In this document: positions 63,170 through 64,000 of the stretch, in pieces
How positions within the stretch are numbered: the first letter of the stretch is position 1
Layout of the letters: the number at the start of each line of letters is the position of its first letter
Translations under genes and position numbers: made by a program
Notes under the pieces: generated by a model
The model's input: the letters and a program-made list of their open reading frames with translations, nothing else
Told to the model about the DNA's origin: nothing
Databases searched by the model: none
NCBI GenBank assembly: GCA_021613535.1
Contig: CP075495.1
Span: 4,650,001 to 4,714,000 of the forward strand
Length of the DNA stretch: 64,000 nucleotides
Direction of reading: 5' to 3'
DNA from: Adineta vaga
Lineage: Eukaryota > Animalia > Rotifera

Positions 63170-64000
63170 ATAGCAATCTTTTCTTCTGTTTTTATGACTG
63201 TTTCTTAGAACGGCATAAATAGTTTGTCATTTCTTTGATTGCTCTTTTTTTTCTTGTTTTCTGTTTACTGTACAAAAAAAAGACGAAGAAATATCAGAAA
63301 AAATATCAATAAAAAGTTTCTTTTTTCAGATCTGAATGTATGTATATATATATATATATTATTAGGTGTTAAATGCACGATTATTGTGTCATTTAATCCA
63401 TAAAGATAGACATGGATGATAAGTAAATGTTTACAATCATCATCGATTATTCTAAACACTGTAAAACAAAACAGTCCATATACGTAAGATAACTCCTAGA
63501 TATATCATACGTTTTATTACTTCAATGAAAATCTCATTATTCTAGAGATGTCTTTGATATCGTATGGAATAATACACTTATATATTATAAGCCGATTTCT
63601 TTTCTGAACGTCAGGCTATTTATATCACTGAAAGAACATGATAGATAAGAACTTATCGAAGAATGGTTTATTATTCTCTTAGTTTAGTCGTATTATTGAT
63701 AAATTGAAAATGAATTCTTTTGAATATCTTTGAAGATAGATATTCTATATGAAACTGGCAGCATTGGCATCGAAAATAGGAGAGCATGAAAATGAACAAG
63801 AGCCGCCAGAATCAACGCACAGTCTTCCATGCATGTAGAGTCATCTGTTATAAGTCTCTATATTAATTTATGATTATAAAATTGAATTTTATCAGTATTT
63901 TCTATATGTAGTAAACGAATTACTATACCGATTTCCGATTACTAATGAAAATAACTAACTTTTAGATTTCTAAGATATGCAAAAGCCTACTAATTCACAT

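Noticed and set aside
1-64000. tRNA, rRNA, SL RNA, CRISPR arrays, transposase or reverse transcriptase genes
   Set aside because: None recognised by eye; small ncRNAs could be missed without Infernal or tRNAscan.

Overview
AT-rich, gene-dense eukaryotic (animal) DNA with many ~50-60 nt GT-AG introns. Intron style, codon usage, foreign-looking carbohydrate and nuclease genes, and the 'IWLD...IFxIxSGxLG...IYxFC' domain family point to a bdelloid rotifer (Adineta/Rotaria-like); this is an inference. About 22 protein-coding genes are supported. Conserved metazoan genes: POC1, TBATA-like, a DUF4476 protein, GALNT, IQCC, NDUFS1, LMF2, ARMC9, a P2X receptor, C2CD3, a NUP153-like nucleoporin and BUD31. 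An ~8 kb same-strand accessory island (2868-10679) holds an intronless fungal-type GH3 beta-glucosidase, three diverged stand-alone pseudo-receiver (REC-like) genes, and a PAN-like/CBM1/GH45 chimera that lacks the catalytic acid. Other unusual genes are a membrane-anchored S1/P1 nuclease, a zinc-finger plus BRCA1-like tandem-BRCT protein, and a small protein with a CEP290-like C-terminus. Several tight head-to-tail gene junctions show a poly(A) signal 62-77 nt upstream of a YAG|AT acceptor just before the next ATG, suggesting operons resolved by spliced-leader trans-splicing. No tRNA, rRNA, CRISPR array or transposase was recognised. Gene models were assembled by eye and no database searches were run.
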